Shown here: positions 63,001 through 64,000 of the stretch, in pieces
How the letters are laid out: each line of letters opens with the position of its first letter
How positions within the stretch are numbered: the stretch's first letter is position 1
IMG/VR virus record: IMGVR_UViG_3300000101_000006
Location: 9,267-73,266 of that record
Length of the DNA stretch: 64,000 bases
Origin: a virus
Reading direction: 5' to 3' (one strand)
The notes under the pieces: model-generated
Told to the model about the DNA's origin: nothing
The model's input: only the letters and a program-made list of their open reading frames with translations
The model's database searches: none
Position numbers and translations under genes: made by a program

Positions 63001-64000
63001 CGCAATCACCAGTCTTTTTAAACTACAATGCAATGCAGCTCGATTCCAGTATAAACTTGTTTGGAAAAGGAACCGTCAGGGAGGTACTAGATAGGGAGGT
63101 AGATACAATCAGTGAAGTCGCCAGCTCAGATACCATTAAAGGCAAAACTAGATGGATTATCCAATCTAAATTTGAGTGTCCAATTTTAAACTTCAATAAG
63201 TATGACGACCTTAATCAGACCAATTTGACTCGCCCTAACGTTGGCCGTTCTCAGGTTCCACGGGGTATGTGGCATCAATATGGAGATATTCCATCGGAAG
63301 ATGAAGGTATACATTTGCAAGTTTCCGACATTCCTCAGTTTTGGCTTCGTGGAGCACTGGGTATAGCCAGAGGTCGACCGCAGATCAAATCCTTAGCAGA
63401 TCTTGTTGGTTTCTCAAAAGACCCAGTAAGACTTGGAGAGGTTGCTTCTCAAAAAGAAATATCAGAATGTGTCGTGGCCGTTCCATTTATTGAACAATCT
63501 GCAACTCGAAAGTTCTTTTCTATACCTAGAGCAGACATCAATTCATGCATTGACGCAGCACGTCGTGAGATTGGTGGTCAATTCCCCGCTGGTGGTCCTC
63601 CAAAGGCTGGAGATACAGTCTACCAAATGGTCAAAAAGATGCAGAAATATGTATTTCCGCCTTCAATGGATTTTATAAGATATGAAGAAATTGATCCATT
63701 CGCAATGTATATTTTTGAATTCAAACACACTCTCTCGAAACAAGACCTCGCGGATATTTGGCAAAACCTATCACCAGAAATTGGAACAAAAATGGAAGAA
63801 TCAGAGGCATCAATATCGCATGAACTATTATCTGCAGAGCTCTTAGGTGACGGGGCAGTTGTGAAAAACAACACTCTCGATGAGAACGCTGAGGGAAAAG
63901 GTATTCCATCTAACATTCAATGGATGATATTCAAAGTCAAAAAGAGAGCAAAAACAAACTATTTTGACAAGGTTGTAGCTAAGAAAGGAACAACGGATGA
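60027..64000 (+). CDS. Large virion protein, over 1300 aa, running off the window (absent from ORF track)
   Basis: ATG 60027 after ACTATTTA 60001 and AAGGA RBS; the last 5' and 3' codons read in the same frame (MSNFKDFVG... WMIFKVKKRAKTNYFD); the track lists no stop-terminated ORF from this start. Confidence 0.8.
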   Translation, partial: MSNFKDFVGINICIYEPTLNDSGAIGGNTLGYDPNNAFFYTDNVGIGNVGPLTKAPVSKTLVLLNLHRNGPYGYPMWKQMRTSQNHLTRALNAKNTFTYVQEPGALLGTKQAKYGNIISLKEPTISSNLPISLIGEVAIYNEELGIFEKKPVEIKTAFNNETVFFANQQANEYFNTISQTDENYETLKEMYLDGGLDDEGSLLDSFSLLTYRQTIWPKQQFTYLNRTRSRTFYVNTFWRSARDDRSQLNVDNGFGATVPSQSMWSLDARLDFKTRTAKTNTAVPADPFAKFEFDIGGTSADDTENSPGQLLNRYSTFTLAGFYNKTTGEPAFAQNFLTASLTLDVGSALTASAIYSRLHTLKNLFSGINPSGPFLINNEMVDDQVAGAPLWPSNSTGSIFNGHANWDAPALSGKEPFYDSYEKFSEDIKRKGKGYSIIPEFKISAHVEEYQTKGVTAKLSNIFELSGGLSQNTTTESEPNFYKILSTTDFLKHFDLVKKDHKGFADEKILTIKCKAIKKFVPYEGFYPNQRTMDISRQFSSSYGQNISVSTSGSNVTISNYDQFSIKPLLTPICAPGILFNTIKSGIAVDFPLIFQEDIIKNTGEGFNTFIYADDIGRRINGTTTSGSYTPSDTNNMLLGHTERTPLDKYDSIYSSRIPFEALVEPEVYLANENLILQEPHVFGLSDFEIEANWDGGGNSLYKKMISNFLAEVPEFFISNKNFKTISSLEEQNPEFGNAISGTYYLMRVKMTKSREGTNKTLGGLGGFPVVPPQDVVSQGINTLGQNPSGGFATGRSRTVRESITMYSRPSSFGPPSIGDGGNIEINGLSFWMGSSWGFNFPYTPPYYHGESWCDLVFYADETKKYTLDEILSGSKEYPYFTRYWNPSFHDALRDLSGYRNSQDPLSATTGISGSRYEKYYDSPWADLMTNPVTRIYESIEPISQSSANLDYDWEVWGNMVRNNVTSSWKAPQTVPGGTQAQNEAAWRYTGPQSPVFLNYNAMQLDSSINLFGKGTVREVLDREVDTISEVASSDTIKGKTRWIIQSKFECPILNFNKYDDLNQTNLTRPNVGRSQVPRGMWHQYGDIPSEDEGIHLQVSDIPQFWLRGALGIARGRPQIKSLADLVGFSKDPVRLGEVASQKEISECVVAVPFIEQSATRKFFSIPRADINSCIDAARREIGGQFPAGGPPKAGDTVYQMVKKMQKYVFPPSMDFIRYEEIDPFAMYIFEFKHTLSKQDLADIWQNLSPEIGTKMEESEASISHELLSAELLGDGAVVKNNTLDENAEGKGIPSNIQWMIFKVKKRAKTNYFDKVVAKKGTTD

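Noticed and set aside
26-63916. Minus-strand and off-frame ORFs in the track (e.g. 1252..1659, 31887..32438)
   Set aside because: They overlap well-supported + strand genes and show no motifs or RBS; they are shadow ORFs.
1-64000. Alternative genetic code or stop-codon recoding
   Set aside because: Genes are long and tightly packed under code 11, and TAA, TAG and TGA all end coherent proteins.
1-64000. Giant eukaryotic virus origin, suggested by the PMM and glycan genes
   Set aside because: Sigma70 promoters, Shine-Dalgarno sites, a sigma factor, peptidoglycan lysozyme and gp25/gp6-like baseplate genes indicate a tailed bacteriophage.
1-64000. tRNA, rRNA, introns or inteins
   Set aside because: No cloverleaf or T-loop signature, rRNA-like tract or intein splice motif was recognised by eye. 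tRNAscan-SE, Infernal and an intein HMM would be needed to exclude them formally.

Overview
This 64 kb window is one segment of a large contractile-tailed (myovirus-like) bacteriophage genome. Essentially all credible genes are on the + strand and use the standard genetic code. It has four blocks. (1) 1-11.5 kb is an early, host-takeover-like region of small genes plus a vWA-metallopeptidase / MoxR-type AAA pair. It carries 13 sigma70-type promoters, 11 of which have a 17-bp palindrome CGG(A/T)CA-N5-TG(T/A)CC(G/T) at one of two fixed positions that match class I and class II activator geometry. It also holds a motif-dense non-coding block at 7.45-8.5 kb. (2) 11.8-28 kb has a myxobacteria-like vWA lipoprotein, acidic or helical proteins rich in (L/I)-x-E motifs (candidate protease-processed head proteins), a HAD-NUDIX fusion, a eukaryote-type phosphomannomutase, an HNH nuclease and PIN-PhoH. 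(3) 28-40 kb has a Cas4-like nuclease, an 11-gene sugar synthesis and modification cluster, and a phage sigma factor. (4) 40-64 kb is tail and baseplate genes (lysozyme hub, spike, gp25-like and gp6-like wedges, LamG protein) preceded by a candidate late promoter ACTA(A/T)TTA. No tRNA, rRNA or CRISPR array was recognised. All family assignments come from motif reading, not database searches.
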